From the IMG/VR virus record IMGVR_UViG_3300027963_005227, positions 1 to 64,000 of that record: a stretch of 64,000 bases of DNA; one strand, given 5' to 3'. This stretch comes from an uncultured virus (IMG/VR IMGVR_UViG_3300027963_005227) (Duplodnaviria; Heunggongvirae; Uroviricota; Caudoviricetes). The translations under genes and the position numbers were made by a program. Below are positions 1 to 10,725 of the stretch, piece by piece (within the stretch, counting starts at the first letter, position 1; each line of letters opens with the position of its first letter). The notes under the pieces are model-generated. The model was given only the letters and a program-made list of their open reading frames with translations, was not told where the DNA came from and searched no databases.

Positions 1-3000
1 CAAGAAGCAGAGGAATATGGTTTAAAAGTTGCTAAAAGTCTTCAAGATAAATTAGCAAAATTAGTTGTTAAAGCTACAACTAAAAAATCTAGCGCTAATG
101 GATTTTTACCAAACTTTGCAGATCCAATCAAAGATGCTGTTGGAAGAGAAATGAGCGCTGGAGTTCCAGCTTCTCAAATTTACATCGACCAGAATTCATC
201 ATTAAAGAGCGCTATGAATCCTAATGGACTCATGGTGGCTAATCGTATAGATGAACCTATGGGAGGCTCACAGGGCATTGCTAGAGCGCGTAAAGAGGGA
301 TCTAATCCAATGACGTATGGAGCAGCTAGAGGTTTTGTGCCAAACTATGCTAATATTGGATCATTTCAAACTCAAGGAAACTCAATTACTAGTAATCAGG
401 CATCAATAAATCAACCAGCAGTAAATACTGCTGCTGCTGCTGCTGCTGCATCTAGTGTTGTTATTAGTGCTGCTTCCCAAGCAGCAGCAAAACTTTCCCT
501 ACCAAAATCTACTGCAAGATCAATTACACAATATCCAAAAGTAAACGCTGATACTTTTAGCGATAAAAATTCTCAAGTGAGTGGTGAAAAAATGCTTGGA
601 ACTATTTTTGCAATTCAAGGTGCATTATCAGTTTTACAAGGAGTTGTTGGTGAAGTTTCTGGAGAAATGGGTGTAGCATTAAGGGTTATAACTAGTGGTT
701 TAAGCTCTTTAACTACGGGGGCATTTGCTCTTCAAGGATTGCAAGGTATGGGCGGATTAATAGGTGGAGCTACAAAAGCTCTTGGCCCATATGCTTTAGC
801 TTTAGGAGCAGCAACAGCAGCTACTAATGCTTTTGTAGACTACATGAATGAAACTAGTGGAGCAAATACAGTTGCTGCTAAAAGTGTAGAAAGAGTTGAT
901 AGAGCAGCTTCGCAATCTTCTGGAAAATTAGAAGATTATGCAAAAACAGCGCAAGATGACATAAGAAAAAGAGCTTCAATACAGGTTGAAGCTATGATGG
1001 GGGAAAATAAAACAGATGGTGGTTATAAAATCTTTGGAGATACTCCACAATTAAAAGCTGTAAAAGAAATATATGCAAAGGGTTTAGGCGCTGGAGCTTT
1101 TGGTCCTGATTTGGCTGATATATTAAAAAAGTCAGCTGAAAATGGTCTTACAGATAGTGAAGTTGATGATTTTTCAATATCGGTAGCAACTTTTATTGAA
1201 GCAATAAATAAAGTTCCAGATGAAATATTTAATAGTATAGATAAATCTTCTGAAATTTATAAAGCATTATCTGAAAATCCAACCACTATTGAAAATAATT
1301 TAAAAAATTCAAATGGGCTTTTATATGAGCCTTTATATGAATTGAGAAAAAAATTCCAAGACGCTGGAATGCGAAATGACGACGCAATTAATAAAAATAT
1401 TATGAATTTTGCGTCTAAAGTTAAAACTGAAACAAATGCTAAAGATTCAGAAAACCAGATGGCTATTTCTAGAGTTCCAGCTGAAGTATATAAACAAGAA
1501 TTAAATTCAATTATAAAAATTGCTAAAGCTAAAGCTGAAGCAAAAAGAGTTGAAGAAGACCTTGATACTCAAGCATTACAAAAGGGTAAGGAGTTAGGTG
1601 CATTATCTGAGTCTCAGATTAATATACTACAGTATAAGATAGCTTTAAAATCTGAAGATTTAAAACTAGAGGATTTACATCGTGATGCTTTAAGTGCTAT
1701 AGTTGATACCATGGATGCTCAACAGATATCTGATGAAAAAAGAATTACTTTAAAAACACTAATTAATCAATTAGCAGATAAAGATAGAATAACAGCAGAA
1801 GATATTAAAAATATTACTGAAGAATCTTTAAAAGCTCAAGGAACTATTCCAGAAATTGTGGCTAAAACAGCAGAGGAAAAGAAAAAAGCATTAGAGCTAG
1901 ACACAAAGGTAAGTAAGATTGCTAAAGCTATTCTAGAAGCAGAAAATGGTAGAACTGTTGCAACTTTAAAAACTAAACAAGCGATTAATGAAATTATACA
2001 GTCAACAAGTCATTTATTGACAATGAAAAATTTTCAGATTGATTTAACAGCAACAATCAAAACTAATGAAATTGAAAAAGAAATAAGAAGACTGGAACTT
2101 AATCAGCCGCAAAATACAGTAGCTGCTCGCGCACAAGCTGCTCAAATTGCACAAAAAAAATATGAATTATTGCAAACTCAATCTCCACTTGAGGCTCAAA
2201 AAAAATTCAATAATGCTAAAACTGGATTAATAAATCAAGCTAACAGTTTAAGTCTTAACGACACTGATTTTGCAAATTTACAAAAATCAATTGAATCATC
2301 AAAAAATATATCTGAACTTCAAAATAAAGCTAAGATTCCAACAGGAGTAGTTTTTAATAGAGACAAATATCCTGAATATGCAAGTGCTATAGATACTACA
2401 ATAGCTGAATTGAAACAATTTGATGCAAATACAGCTGGAAGTATTGCTGCCGCCTCAGATGAGCTTGCAAAATCTAAATTACCGCTAGTAGTTAAAAAAT
2501 TCTCAGACTATGTTATTGATTTAAATGATGGTTTAGATGCAGCTATAGAACAAGCTAAATTTGAATTTTTATCAACTACTAGTGGCTCTGGATTATTAGA
2601 TAAAGCATCAAAAGACAAATTTAATGCTGAAATGAAATCTGCTGGCACTAGTTCATCTGGAATTTCTCAAGCTTATGCTAATGAAGCAGCGAGATCTGAT
2701 CAAAGAAGATTAGCATTAGCAGGATCTGCGGGAGATAAAACATCAATAGAATACGATATTGAAATAAATAAAAAAATTCTTGCTATTAAACAAGAGAGCG
2801 TTGATACTCAAACACTATCAGAGGATCAAGAAGCTAGAATTCTTGAGCTTGAAAAACAACGCTTAGAAGTTAATAAATCTTTGAGTCAAAAACTCAAAGA
2901 AGCTTTTGCCACTTCGCCACAAGATCAAATCAATAAATTAAACAACACTCTTGTTGAGGGCGCTGTCAAATTCAGAGACACAATGATTGATGGCATTGTT

Positions 3001-4539
3001 CAAGCTATAGAAACTGGCAAAGGACTAAAAGATGTTTTAACTTCTGCTGTGTTAGATTTCTCCAGAGAACTCATGAGAACTTCGTTGAGAAATCTTACTG
3101 GTTCATTATTTGGCGGAATTGGTGGAATGTTTGGACAGGGCAATCAAATTTCCACAGGAGCTTCTGGAGGAGCCGTTTCTGGAGGAAGCGGAAGCAAGGA
3201 TGACGTTCCAGCAATGCTCATGGGCGGAGAGTACATCATTAATAAAAAATCAGTTAATAAATATGGACCAAAATTCTTAGAAGCTATCAATTCTGGAAAT
3301 TTAAATGGATATGCTAAAGGCGGAAAAGTAAAAGACTATTTTACTCCTGGAACTTATGGCGTGAAACAAATGACTACTGATGATGATTTATTAGCTTTTG
3401 CAACTCAAGAATCTACTAGCGGAAAAAAAGATAAAATTCGTTCTGGAGATGGATTTGCATCAGTTTCTTTAGAACCAGAGAGTGTTCGATTAACTAATTT
3501 TGGCAGAAGAAATAGTCCACAAGCTCAAAGAGCCAAAGATGTTAGAAAACAAATCTTTGGAATCTACATTGATGAAATGAAAAAAGCTGCTGAATTAAAA
3601 AGACAAGAAGAAGAAGAGAAAAAAGCTAGAAAAAAAGCTATTAAAAATGCTTTGATTATGGCAGGAATTTCTATAGCTGGATCAGCATTAATAGGAGCAG
3701 CAACTAGTGGGTTTAGCAATGCTTACTCAACATCTAAACTTGCTGGAGGCACTTTTGGAAAAAATGTAGGATCTGGAGTGGGAGGAATGTTTACAGGAGG
3801 AGGAGTTTCTGGTTTGCAAGGAAATAACTATGGAGGACTATTTAACATGTTCTCTAAATCTGGATATGTTACTAAAGCTAGCCAAATGGCTGGAAGTATC
3901 ACTAGCAAAGGTTTTATAGGGCCAGTTCAAAATTCTAGCAATGTTAATATTGGTAATAATATAGCCCAACCGAGCTTTCCTTTAGGAGGCTCATCTGAAA
4001 CTTATGCAGGAGGGTTATTTCCGATGGGATTGACTCCTGAACTTGGAGCATCTGGACCTGGAATGAGTTATGGTACAGCAATAGATTTAACTAATCCTAA
4101 TAGTGAAGATCCATATAATCCATTTCGTATAACAACAAGAGCAGTTGGGGGATCCATTTCTGAAACAGCAGGAATAGATACAATTCCAACAATGCTTTCT
4201 GGTGGAGAATTCGTTATGAATCGTGCTGCTGCTCAAAATATTGGACCTGGAAACTTGCAAGCTATGAATGCTGGAGCTTCTAAACCAATGAGCGAAGAAG
4301 CTTCAAAAGATTTAAATAACAAATTAATTTCTAAATTTGATGAACTCATTGGAACGACTGAAAAATCCACAGGTTCAATCACTATTAATGTGGATGGATC
4401 CTCTGGAAAAAGTTCAGAAAACTCCTCTGGTCAAACTCAAGGAGCAAATCAACAACTTTCGCGCCAAATCAGAGATGCTGTTTTAAAAGTTATTCAAGAG
4501 GAAAAACGTCTTGGCGGTCAATTAAGAAGAGGAATGTAA
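1..4539 (+). CDS. Tape-measure-like tail protein (5'-truncated; frame open from base 1)
   Basis: More than 1500 aa, Ala/Gly-rich and helical. Two GG..G..D.(V/I)P.ML.GGE(Y/F)..N repeats and GF(L/V)PN(F/Y)A repeats. C-terminal ITINV...IRDAVLKVIQEEKR.GG.L tail. Followed by tail genes. Confidence 0.8.
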   Translation, partial: QEAEEYGLKVAKSLQDKLAKLVVKATTKKSSANGFLPNFADPIKDAVGREMSAGVPASQIYIDQNSSLKSAMNPNGLMVANRIDEPMGGSQGIARARKEGSNPMTYGAARGFVPNYANIGSFQTQGNSITSNQASINQPAVNTAAAAAAASSVVISAASQAAAKLSLPKSTARSITQYPKVNADTFSDKNSQVSGEKMLGTIFAIQGALSVLQGVVGEVSGEMGVALRVITSGLSSLTTGAFALQGLQGMGGLIGGATKALGPYALALGAATAATNAFVDYMNETSGANTVAAKSVERVDRAASQSSGKLEDYAKTAQDDIRKRASIQVEAMMGENKTDGGYKIFGDTPQLKAVKEIYAKGLGAGAFGPDLADILKKSAENGLTDSEVDDFSISVATFIEAINKVPDEIFNSIDKSSEIYKALSENPTTIENNLKNSNGLLYEPLYELRKKFQDAGMRNDDAINKNIMNFASKVKTETNAKDSENQMAISRVPAEVYKQELNSIIKIAKAKAEAKRVEEDLDTQALQKGKELGALSESQINILQYKIALKSEDLKLEDLHRDALSAIVDTMDAQQISDEKRITLKTLINQLADKDRITAEDIKNITEESLKAQGTIPEIVAKTAEEKKKALELDTKVSKIAKAILEAENGRTVATLKTKQAINEIIQSTSHLLTMKNFQIDLTATIKTNEIEKEIRRLELNQPQNTVAARAQAAQIAQKKYELLQTQSPLEAQKKFNNAKTGLINQANSLSLNDTDFANLQKSIESSKNISELQNKAKIPTGVVFNRDKYPEYASAIDTTIAELKQFDANTAGSIAAASDELAKSKLPLVVKKFSDYVIDLNDGLDAAIEQAKFEFLSTTSGSGLLDKASKDKFNAEMKSAGTSSSGISQAYANEAARSDQRRLALAGSAGDKTSIEYDIEINKKILAIKQESVDTQTLSEDQEARILELEKQRLEVNKSLSQKLKEAFATSPQDQINKLNNTLVEGAVKFRDTMIDGIVQAIETGKGLKDVLTSAVLDFSRELMRTSLRNLTGSLFGGIGGMFGQGNQISTGASGGAVSGGSGSKDDVPAMLMGGEYIINKKSVNKYGPKFLEAINSGNLNGYAKGGKVKDYFTPGTYGVKQMTTDDDLLAFATQESTSGKKDKIRSGDGFASVSLEPESVRLTNFGRRNSPQAQRAKDVRKQIFGIYIDEMKKAAELKRQEEEEKKARKKAIKNALIMAGISIAGSALIGAATSGFSNAYSTSKLAGGTFGKNVGSGVGGMFTGGGVSGLQGNNYGGLFNMFSKSGYVTKASQMAGSITSKGFIGPVQNSSNVNIGNNIAQPSFPLGGSSETYAGGLFPMGLTPELGASGPGMSYGTAIDLTNPNSEDPYNPFRITTRAVGGSISETAGIDTIPTMLSGGEFVMNRAAAQNIGPGNLQAMNAGASKPMSEEASKDLNNKLISKFDELIGTTEKSTGSITINVDGSSGKSSENSSGQTQGANQQLSRQIRDAVLKVIQEEKRLGGQLRRGM

Positions 4540-4540
4540 C

Positions 4541-5335
4541 ATGTTTAATTCTACTAGCAACTACGAAAATAGATTTTCTATTAATGATCGAGAAATTTTG
4601 GGCATTGATAGTCTTGATTTGTCGTATAGTAATCCATCTAATAATTCTAAAATTCTTGGAAGAGAATCTTCATTCACCACAATTAATGGCCCAACATCTG
4701 CTCAATTATCAATTAGTAGAAGTTTAATTTATATTGATCCAATTTTACAGTATACGGGATCTCCAGCAATTAATGGAAAAATTCATTTTACTAATAATAA
4801 TCAAGCTTATGGTTTTTCTTCAGGATATTTAACAGAGTACATGGTTAATTGCGCGGTTGGATCTATACCAAAAGTATCTAGTAATTTTATTATTTTTGAT
4901 GAACTCACAAGTCAAGCAGTGCCATCATATACTTTTGAACCTCCTGCAATTTCTATTCCAAATCAAGGAAGCATATCTTTATCTTGCGACAATTCAACAA
5001 CTAATAGAGTAGTTGGTTTTGATTACTCTATAAAAATAACTAGAAAGCCAATTTATACTATAGGAAGTAAATATCCATTTGAAGTAGTTACTTTTAAAAA
5101 TATTGAATACTCAGCATCTGTGCAAATTGATGTTGACGATGCTTTTTTGCAAAATTCTTTTAATTTTTTATCTGCTCGCGAAAATAAAACAGTTTCTTTC
5201 TCTATTAAAGATAAAACATTAACTAATACTATTCAAACATTAACTATACCAAAAGCATCATTAGTTGGCGAAAGTTTGTCTAGCAGTGCTGATGGTGGTG
5301 TAAAATTAACATTAAACTATATTGGTCATTCATGA
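4541..5335 (+). CDS. Putative tail structural protein (tube-like fold)
   Basis: Directly after the TMP and beta-rich. Motif R.PIYTIGSKYP is shared with 6270..7466 (RTPLYGLGSNY). Confidence 0.5.
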   Translation: MFNSTSNYENRFSINDREILGIDSLDLSYSNPSNNSKILGRESSFTTINGPTSAQLSISRSLIYIDPILQYTGSPAINGKIHFTNNNQAYGFSSGYLTEYMVNCAVGSIPKVSSNFIIFDELTSQAVPSYTFEPPAISIPNQGSISLSCDNSTTNRVVGFDYSIKITRKPIYTIGSKYPFEVVTFKNIEYSASVQIDVDDAFLQNSFNFLSARENKTVSFSIKDKTLTNTIQTLTIPKASLVGESLSSSADGGVKLTLNYIGHS

Positions 5336-6273
5336 GTGCTTTTTATAATAGAGATTCTAATATTAGTGGAGTCACTGCAATTACTAGTTTAGTTTTTAAT
5401 CCAAGCTACGGATCTAGAATTAATTTTAAAAGCACATACTATTCATATGAAACTCACAATGGATATTATAATTTAATTCCTTTGTCTATTAATAGTTTAA
5501 ATGCTGAATATCAATTAAAATATCAATTGAATGAAACTAATTCCAAACAACTAATCAACTATGTTGAAAGCAAAAATGGCACAGATTTGCTTCCATTTTC
5601 AGATCCATCTAGTTTTTATAAAACAATTTCTGGAGTAATTGATAACTATTCTATAAATCATATAAATAAAAATCATTATGAGGTTAATTTAGCTTTTCAA
5701 GTTAATGAAGCTCCAAATTTACTGAACTGGTCTGGAATGACATTTGTAAACTCTCCTCTAACAACTTGGCAGTCGGGGAAATATTATGAAAAATATGATA
5801 TAGTTTATTCTGGCGTCTCTTCAAATAAATTAGATAATTATTACTATTGTTCTGGAAATCATACAGGAACAAACCGTAGTCTTGATGGACCAACTGGAAG
5901 CGCAACAAAATGGACAAAATATTTCTTTTTTGAACCAGATGTTGGACTTCAAAATGAAGTAGCATTAAAGGTAGATAAAATTGAATTTAAAAATTCATTT
6001 GTTCAGCGAATGAAAACTAGAACAAACATAGCAACAACAGATTTTTCTTATAAGTTTGAGAAAGCTTCTACTAAAAAAGCTAAAGCTATTCTTCATTTTT
6101 TAGAAAATAAAGGCGGATATCGCAGATTCTACAGTGATCCTCCATCAGTGTATAATAAATTGAAAGTATTCTATTCGCCGTCTTGGAGTCACACTTGGAA
6201 TTATGCTGATTCTCACGATTTAGAAGTTTCATTAATTGAAGATCCATTAGGAATAGTACCAACAGGCTCATGA
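5332..6273 (+). CDS. Minor/distal tail protein (lambda gpM-like, two repeated domains)
   Basis: Two copies of F.P..G...F/H.N.(Y/F)......N....F..........I..(Y/F)(V/L)E.K.G...F..P. Position after the TMP. Confidence 0.6.
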   Translation: MSAFYNRDSNISGVTAITSLVFNPSYGSRINFKSTYYSYETHNGYYNLIPLSINSLNAEYQLKYQLNETNSKQLINYVESKNGTDLLPFSDPSSFYKTISGVIDNYSINHINKNHYEVNLAFQVNEAPNLLNWSGMTFVNSPLTTWQSGKYYEKYDIVYSGVSSNKLDNYYYCSGNHTGTNRSLDGPTGSATKWTKYFFFEPDVGLQNEVALKVDKIEFKNSFVQRMKTRTNIATTDFSYKFEKASTKKAKAILHFLENKGGYRRFYSDPPSVYNKLKVFYSPSWSHTWNYADSHDLEVSLIEDPLGIVPTGS

Positions 6274-7466
6274 ATAAAACAATTTTAAAAAGCAATTCAG
6301 CATTTGTAGCTATTGGTCAGTCTCCAGCGTGGAAGACTGGTAATGATTCTGGACGATTATTTTCATTGGTTCAGAATTGCAATTTTTCAGTTAGCAATGA
6401 GAGGCAAAAATTAAAACAGATTGGAAGACAAAACTACTCTGTCAATGATCTAGTAAGAGCGCCAAATATAGAACTATCTTTTGATTATTATTTATCGCCC
6501 TATATTAGCAATGAGCTAGCAATGAATTTTCAGACAAAAACTGCTTCTAATTTAGGAGCATTTACTAATATAAAAAATACTAATAATAATTTTTATATTG
6601 TTGTTGATCCAGAAGATCTTAGAGATGCATTTGAAAAGCCTAAAAATCCAATCATCACAAACACTAGTTATAGTGGATTTAATGTTTTATCTTTTGGAAA
6701 TTGTTATTTAAATAAATATAGCGTATCTTTTAATTTGAATGAAATACCAAAAGTTTCAGTTGGATTTGAAGCTTCTAATATGAAATTTGATGTTTTAACT
6801 GGAAACTCAATCACTATTCCAGCTATTAATAGCATTAGTGGAAATTCAATTAATGCTGGTTCATTGAATTTATCTGGATTTTATTCTTCTCTAACTGGAA
6901 GTTATATTACTGGACAGGATAATGGTAAAACAGAATATGATCCTCCAGTTACAATTCCATCTTATTGCACATTCTCTCTGCAAAATTTACAAGTTGGAGG
7001 AGTCGCTTTATCGGCTGCATCAAAACCTATATTACAAAATTTATCTTTAAATTTTGATCTTCCAAGAACTCCACTTTATGGACTAGGAAGCAATTACGTT
7101 TATAATAGAAAACTAGAGTATCCAATTAATGGATCAGTAAATTTATCCGCACAAGTTTCTGGATTCTCTAGCGGATTTTTAAGTGGAATGCTATACAATG
7201 AAAGTGGTTATAATTTTGATATATCATTTTCAGACTCATCAAAATTAGCTACTGGATTTTATAGCATAACAAATGCTAAACTTGATAATTTTAATTATTC
7301 AATGACTGTGAATGATGTTTTAAATTTTACAGCATCATTTTCAGTAGAAACAAATGATTCAGCTGGATTTTACATTGATAGAAAAACCACAAAGTTTCCA
7401 TCTATTTGGAGTGCTATATCTAATATATGGTCAAGTATAAATATTAATTGGCAATCTTTAGAATAA
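6270..7466 (+). CDS. Putative tail tube-like structural protein
   Basis: Beta-rich and S/T/G-rich; resembles 4541..5335; tail operon context. Confidence 0.5.
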   Translation: MNKTILKSNSAFVAIGQSPAWKTGNDSGRLFSLVQNCNFSVSNERQKLKQIGRQNYSVNDLVRAPNIELSFDYYLSPYISNELAMNFQTKTASNLGAFTNIKNTNNNFYIVVDPEDLRDAFEKPKNPIITNTSYSGFNVLSFGNCYLNKYSVSFNLNEIPKVSVGFEASNMKFDVLTGNSITIPAINSISGNSINAGSLNLSGFYSSLTGSYITGQDNGKTEYDPPVTIPSYCTFSLQNLQVGGVALSAASKPILQNLSLNFDLPRTPLYGLGSNYVYNRKLEYPINGSVNLSAQVSGFSSGFLSGMLYNESGYNFDISFSDSSKLATGFYSITNAKLDNFNYSMTVNDVLNFTASFSVETNDSAGFYIDRKTTKFPSIWSAISNIWSSININWQSLE

Positions 7467-7468
7467 AC

Positions 7469-7474
7469 GTGTAA
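7469..7474 (+). promoter_or_regulatory. GTGTAA motif 8 nt before the fibre gene start (putative phage promoter)
   Basis: The same motif sits at similar spacing before several other starts (14841, 19685, 44039, 49129 on -). Confidence 0.45.
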
Positions 7475-7482
7475 AAATTATT

Positions 7483-9984
7483 ATGAACTTAGGTCCAACA
7501 CAAGTCAGTGCAACATATCCATTTGTTTTAAATCAAAGTGGCGCTAATGCAATCACTCTTGGTGGTAATAATCCAGTTGATTGGGAATCGGGAGGAGTTG
7601 TTGCTAAAACTGGAAATCAAACTATTAGCGGACTTAAAACATTTGATTCAGCATTATCTTTAAACACTCAAGCCTCCACTACTAGTCATGCAGTTCGCGC
7701 AGATAGAAACCTAAGTGCTGGTAGCGGATTAGTTGGAGGAGGACAATTAACTGGGGATCTTACATTTAATATTGGAACGGGTTACGGAATAACAGTTTCA
7801 GCAGATCAAATTAACATCAACACATCAAATGTTGTGGTCACAACTGGAAATCAAACTATTGCTGGAATAAAAACTTTCACTGATCAAATAGTTAATACTG
7901 CAAATGGGAATAGCTCTAGTAATCCAGCATCATATATTTCATGTGGAGCTAGTAATACAATTGCATCATCATCAGATTATTGTTATATTGGAGGGGGTAC
8001 TAGTAATAATATTCAGAATACTATTACTAGTTCTTTAATTGCAGGAGGAGATTCTAATACTATTAATGCAAATTATTCGATAATTGCAGGAGGCGCAGCA
8101 AATACTATTAATGCAGATTATTCATTTATCGGAGGAGGAGCTAATAATATTGCTAGTAGTATTGGCTCTAGTATTAGTGCTGGAAATCTAAATACTACAG
8201 CAGGACTTTATTCAACAATTGGCGGTGGAGAAAATAATACTGCATCTGGAAATCACTCAACAATCGCTGGCGGAACAGGAAATTCAACAACTAATTCTTA
8301 TTCTTTTATTGGAGGAGGAACATCTAATACTACTTATGGAGCTAATGCTTCTGTTGGTGGAGGGCAGAATAATAAATCAAATGGGGCGTATTCTTTTATT
8401 GGTGGCGGGCAAAATAATATTGCTACTGGCGCTAATGCTTTTGTAGGTGCTGGAAATGGTAATATTGCTAATGGAGACTATTCATCTGCTGTTGGAGGAT
8501 ATCAAAATTCTACTAGTGGTCAGTACGCTTTCATTGGGGCTGGATATCAAAATGCTACCATAGGAGTTGGAGCTTCAGTTTTAGGAGGCTATAAAAATAC
8601 AGCTAGTGGAAATTACGCCTCAGTAGGTGGTGGATGGACTAATTATGCAAAAGGATTATATTCTAGCGTAAATGGAGGATATCAAAATTATGCTAGTGGA
8701 AATTACGCATCAGTATCAGCTGGATATAATAATAAAGCTAGTGGAAATTATTCATTTATTGGATGTGGACAAAATAATATTAGTATTGGAAATAATTCAT
8801 TTATTGGGGCTGGAAATGGAAATACATCGTCTGGACTTTATTCAACAGTATTAAATGGTGAAACAAACCAATCTATAGGAGATTATTCTATCATAGCAAA
8901 TGGATTTGAAAGTAAATCAAATGGAATTTACTCTTCAATATTTAATGGTTTTCAAAATTATGCATTTGGGGATTATTCATTAATTGGTGGAGGCGCAAAT
9001 AATACGGCTAGTGGATCATATTCTAATATTATTGGCGGAACAATTAATACAGTTTCTTCTAATTATTCTATAGTTGGAGGTGGAACTCAAAATACTATTA
9101 TTAAAAATAGCGATTATTCATCAATTTTTGGCGGTATAAATAATAGTGCGTCTGGAAGATATTCGAGTATATTAGGTGGATCTGGTAACATGATTAGTGG
9201 AACTAATTCATCAATTGGAGCAGGAAATTCTAATAAAATAACTGGAAATTATTCTACAATTGGTGGTGGAAATTCTAATAAAATAACTGGAAATTATTCT
9301 ATAATTGGTGGTGGAGGTCTTAATGAAATTAAAAAAGATTATTCATCTATTATAGGAGGAACATTTAATAAAATTTCTGGAGAAAGCTCAACAATAGCTG
9401 GTGGTGCCGCTAATGAAGCTACATCTACTTATTCTTTTATTGGTGCTGGATATGGAAATATAGTTAGTGGAGATTATTCTACAATTTTAGGTGGCGATAG
9501 CAATACTATTAAATATGGAAATTATAGCATTATAGGAGCAGGATCGATGAATAGTTCTAGTGGAGTTTACTCTTCAATATTAGGAGGATATGCTAATCAA
9601 ATTAGTGGTGGCGAATATTCATTCATTGGTGGCGGATCTGGAAATAGTATTAGTGGAAATTACTCATGTATTTTAGGGGGAACAAATCACTTTAATAGTG
9701 GAGAGTACTCAAGTATTTTAGGAGGAAGAAGCGCTCAAATTCCAAAATCTCATACTGGATCTACAGTCATAGCTGATGGTCAAGATAGAACTCACTCTTC
9801 CAGAGCACCATATGCTTGCACATTAGATTTTGCTAGTGGAACTTACTTCTCTCTTCCAAAATTTGCTGGACTTTCCACTCAAACTGGAAAATTTGGAGAA
9901 ATGGCAGTTAGTGGATCTGGTCTTTATATTTGCACTGGAACTGCTGGAAGTGGGTGGGGAAGAATTTTCTTATCTACTTTTTAA
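7483..9984 (+). CDS. Tail fibre/adhesin-like protein with ~15-aa (Y/S)SxIGGGxxNxASG repeats
   Basis: Dozens of YadA-head-like beta-solenoid repeats. Two TGNQTI.G.KTF motifs. C-terminal G..GEMA.S...LY.C....W.R. Confidence 0.75.
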   Translation: MNLGPTQVSATYPFVLNQSGANAITLGGNNPVDWESGGVVAKTGNQTISGLKTFDSALSLNTQASTTSHAVRADRNLSAGSGLVGGGQLTGDLTFNIGTGYGITVSADQININTSNVVVTTGNQTIAGIKTFTDQIVNTANGNSSSNPASYISCGASNTIASSSDYCYIGGGTSNNIQNTITSSLIAGGDSNTINANYSIIAGGAANTINADYSFIGGGANNIASSIGSSISAGNLNTTAGLYSTIGGGENNTASGNHSTIAGGTGNSTTNSYSFIGGGTSNTTYGANASVGGGQNNKSNGAYSFIGGGQNNIATGANAFVGAGNGNIANGDYSSAVGGYQNSTSGQYAFIGAGYQNATIGVGASVLGGYKNTASGNYASVGGGWTNYAKGLYSSVNGGYQNYASGNYASVSAGYNNKASGNYSFIGCGQNNISIGNNSFIGAGNGNTSSGLYSTVLNGETNQSIGDYSIIANGFESKSNGIYSSIFNGFQNYAFGDYSLIGGGANNTASGSYSNIIGGTINTVSSNYSIVGGGTQNTIIKNSDYSSIFGGINNSASGRYSSILGGSGNMISGTNSSIGAGNSNKITGNYSTIGGGNSNKITGNYSIIGGGGLNEIKKDYSSIIGGTFNKISGESSTIAGGAANEATSTYSFIGAGYGNIVSGDYSTILGGDSNTIKYGNYSIIGAGSMNSSSGVYSSILGGYANQISGGEYSFIGGGSGNSISGNYSCILGGTNHFNSGEYSSILGGRSAQIPKSHTGSTVIADGQDRTHSSRAPYACTLDFASGTYFSLPKFAGLSTQTGKFGEMAVSGSGLYICTGTAGSGWGRIFLSTF
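9223..9312 (+). repeat. 45-nt tandem duplication (44/45 identical) in the fibre gene
   Basis: GGAAATTCTAATAAAATAACTGGAAATTATTCTA(C/T)AATTGGTGGT occurs twice. Confidence 0.9.
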
Positions 9985-10370
9985 TACTTAACATCAACTC
10001 CTTTGCTCTCAAATGTTTTCATTTGTTCAAAGTGTTTAGCTCCTTTTCTCTTTTTTGAATAGTCCTTAAAGTACTTCTCTTTTACAGGATCAACTCCTCC
10101 CGCTTGATCTGCGCGTCTCTGGCTCATCTCTGAACTATAGTCAAGCATATCCCCATAGGAACCCTTCTTAGAGCCTGTACGGTCCACAAATTGAGTAGAG
10201 CTAAATGGATCAATGTGAGTATCAATAGATGCATTAGGAATAGTAAAAACACGCTGCCAAGACTCATTAAATTCATCTGTTTCTCCAAAATATTCGTGAG
10301 TTTCATTCATACCTTGAAGAATTTCGCGATATTCATTTGTTGATTCATTGTGGTAAATATAGATTGGCAA
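9981..10370 (-). CDS. FmdB-like small protein (lacks the usual Cys ligands)
   Basis: N-terminus MPIYIY...EYREILQ.M.E resembles the MPxYxY FmdB family; TTG start. Confidence 0.5.
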   Translation of the reverse strand: MPIYIYHNESTNEYREILQGMNETHEYFGETDEFNESWQRVFTIPNASIDTHIDPFSSTQFVDRTGSKKGSYGDMLDYSSEMSQRRADQAGGVDPVKEKYFKDYSKKRKGAKHFEQMKTFESKGVDVKY

Positions 10371-10645
10371 TTAAACCTCCTTTATTTTATTGTACTTTCT
10401 TAATAGAAAAATTCCAGAATTATCATATAGATAATTTCTTAAATTAATTATAGTCTTTTTTGAACAACACCTTATTCTAGAAGCTTTTGAACAAGGTGAA
10501 TCCCAATGAAATATAAAACCTTTTTTTCAAAATGAAGTTTTAATCCTTCACAGAATAACTTAGAACTCATTATTCCAAATTGAAAAATATTATTTTTAAC
10601 ATAAATATGGCCATCCCCCATCAAAATATCCACGAATAAAGTGTC
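10371..10645 (-). pseudogene. Degraded free-standing LAGLIDADG homing endonuclease
   Basis: The minus strand reads HFIRGYFDG/DGHIYV...HFEK/GFIFHW...NYLYDNSGIFLLRKYNKIKEV*. Two homopolymer frameshifts and no start codon. Confidence 0.8.
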
Positions 10646-10672
10646 AGCAAAAGATTTAATAATTATATAATA

Positions 10673-10704
10673 AAAAAACAGGTAGTTTTCACTACCTGTT
10701 TTTT
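10673..10704 (-). terminator. Intrinsic terminator after hsp20 (potentially bidirectional)
   Basis: AAAAAACAGGTAGT-TTTC-ACTACCTGTTTTTT. GAAA loop and U-tract on the minus strand. Confidence 0.85.
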
Positions 10705-10725
10705 ATTTATTCTATTTTTATCTTT

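Noticed and set aside
428..450. (GCT)n microsatellite in the TMP
   Set aside because: A short in-frame poly-Ala tract with no phase-variation potential.
7950..9740. Fibre repeats as a CRISPR array or DGR
   Set aside because: The repeats are in-frame protein repeats. No reverse transcriptase or adenine-specific TR/VR pair was seen.
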